From: Lachnospiraceae bacterium UBA7589
GTDB lineage: Bacteria > Bacillota > Clostridia > Lachnospirales > Lachnospiraceae
Length of the DNA: 13,129 bases
Reading direction: 5' to 3'
Assembly: GCA_002476495.1 (NCBI GenBank)
Contig: DLKL01000049.1
Coordinates: 22,106-35,234 of the forward strand
Positions 12,077 to 13,129 of the stretch are shown one piece after another. The notes beneath the pieces are model-generated. The model was not told where the DNA came from and made no database searches. It was given only the letters and a program-made list of their open reading frames with translations. Within the stretch, counting starts at the first letter, position 1. Every line of letters starts with the position of its first letter. Made by a program: the position numbers and the translations under genes.

Positions 12077-13129
12077 TTAGGTTGTGCTTCGCATCGTCGG
12101 GAACAGCAACACGTCCCTTATAGCAGGTGAGTCTGTCATCAGCATACAAAGTCTGTCAATGCCATATCCTATGCCACCTGTAGGTGGCATACCGATTTCC
12201 AGTGCATTAAGGAAATCCTCGTCTGTGTGGTTGGCTTCCTCGTCACCGGCATCCGCAAGGACATCCTGAGCCTTAAAACGTTCTCTCTGGTCAATAGGAT
12301 CGTTAAGCTCCGAATATGCATTACACATCTCCCATCCGTTCATAAACATCTCAAAACGTTCAACATATTCAGGGTTATCAGGTTTTTTCTTAGTGAGAGG
12401 TGATATCTCAATCGGATGATCCATAACAAATGTAGGCTGGATAAGATGCTCCTCGACAAACTCCTCAAAAAAGAGATTAAGAATGTCACCCTTCTTGTGA
12501 CGTTCCTCAAATTCAACATGCTTTTCCTTCGCTATTTTTCTTGCGTCCTCAAGAGTCTTAATTTCATTCCAGTCAACACCTGCATACTTCTTAACAGCAT
12601 CAACCATGGTGATTCTCTCAAAAGGTTTTCCAAGATCCATCTCAATTCCGTTGTATGTTATAGTAGTGGTTCCAAGAACCTCAGATGCAACGTATCTGTA
12701 CATATTCTCTGTAAGATCCATCATACCATTATAATCTGTATAAGCCTGATAAAGCTCCATAAGTGTAAACTCAGGATTATGCCTTGTATCAAGCCCCTCA
12801 TTTCTAAATACACGTCCAATTTCAAAAACTCTCTCAAGTCCGCCAACAATAAGACGTTTCAGATAAAGCTCAAGAGAAATACGCAGCTTAAGATCCTCGC
12901 CTAAGGCGTTGAAATGGGTTTCAAACGGTCTTGCTGCTGCTCCACCTGCATTTGATACCAACATTGGTGTTTCAACCTCAAGAAAATTCCGGGCAGCCAG
13001 AAATTTTCTTATCGCGGCAATGATTTTTGATCGGTTAATAAATGTCCTCTTGCTGTCCTCATTCATAATGAGATCTACATATCTCTGGCGATAACGTGTA
13101 TCTGTATCTGTAAGGCCGTGGAATTTTTC
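12077..13129 (-). CDS. lysS: Lysine--tRNA ligase, class II (3' portion; the 5' end is beyond the right edge)
   Basis: Track ORF 12077..13066 starts at an internal Met. The frame stays open to 13129, where my translation reads [24 protein letters not shown]. The class II motifs are present: [17 protein letters not shown] (motif 2) and [14 protein letters not shown] (motif 3). Confidence 0.95.
   Translation of the reverse strand, partial: EKFHGLTDTDTRYRQRYVDLIMNEDSKRTFINRSKIIAAIRKFLAARNFLEVETPMLVSNAGGAAARPFETHFNALGEDLKLRISLELYLKRLIVGGLERVFEIGRVFRNEGLDTRHNPEFTLMELYQAYTDYNGMMDLTENMYRYVASEVLGTTTITYNGIEMDLGKPFERITMVDAVKKYAGVDWNEIKTLEDARKIAKEKHVEFEERHKKGDILNLFFEEFVEEHLIQPTFVMDHPIEISPLTKKKPDNPEYVERFEMFMNGWEMCNAYSELNDPIDQRERFKAQDVLADAGDEEANHTDEDFLNALEIGMPPTGGIGYGIDRLCMLMTDSPAIRDVLLFPTMRSTT

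Overview
All credible genes lie on the minus strand. The right end (12077-13129) is the 3' part of a housekeeping class II lysyl-tRNA synthetase gene (lysS) that runs off the window. Everything to its left looks like one arm of an integrated conjugative element or plasmid-derived island from a low-GC Firmicute, judged by AGGAGG-type ribosome binding sites and the gene content. Reading in the direction of transcription (right to left), the element holds: three tandem Xis/MerR-like winged-helix genes carrying four copies of one domain; a ~490 bp ORF-free gap with a GC-enriched, hairpin-dense core; an operon of TM miniprotein, 8-Cys protein, ParM actin-like ATPase and an RHH ParR-like adaptor; three micro-ORFs below the ORF-track cutoff; an acidic lipoprotein; a 1792-aa LPXTG surface adhesin with a putative thioester domain and 13 SpaA/CnaB-type repeats; a DUF5688-like protein; a RadC-like JAB protein; and the start of a DUF3991/Toprim primase-like gene. 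I see no rRNA, tRNA, CRISPR array, transposase, integrase, relaxase or T4SS gene. All plus-strand ORFs in the track look like antisense artefacts. The least explained parts are the non-coding gap at 10430-10920, the micro-ORF train at 8270-8602, the four-fold Xis-like domain array, and the ATGGTCA repeat cluster beside lysS. Family names come from motif recognition and memory only; no search was run.
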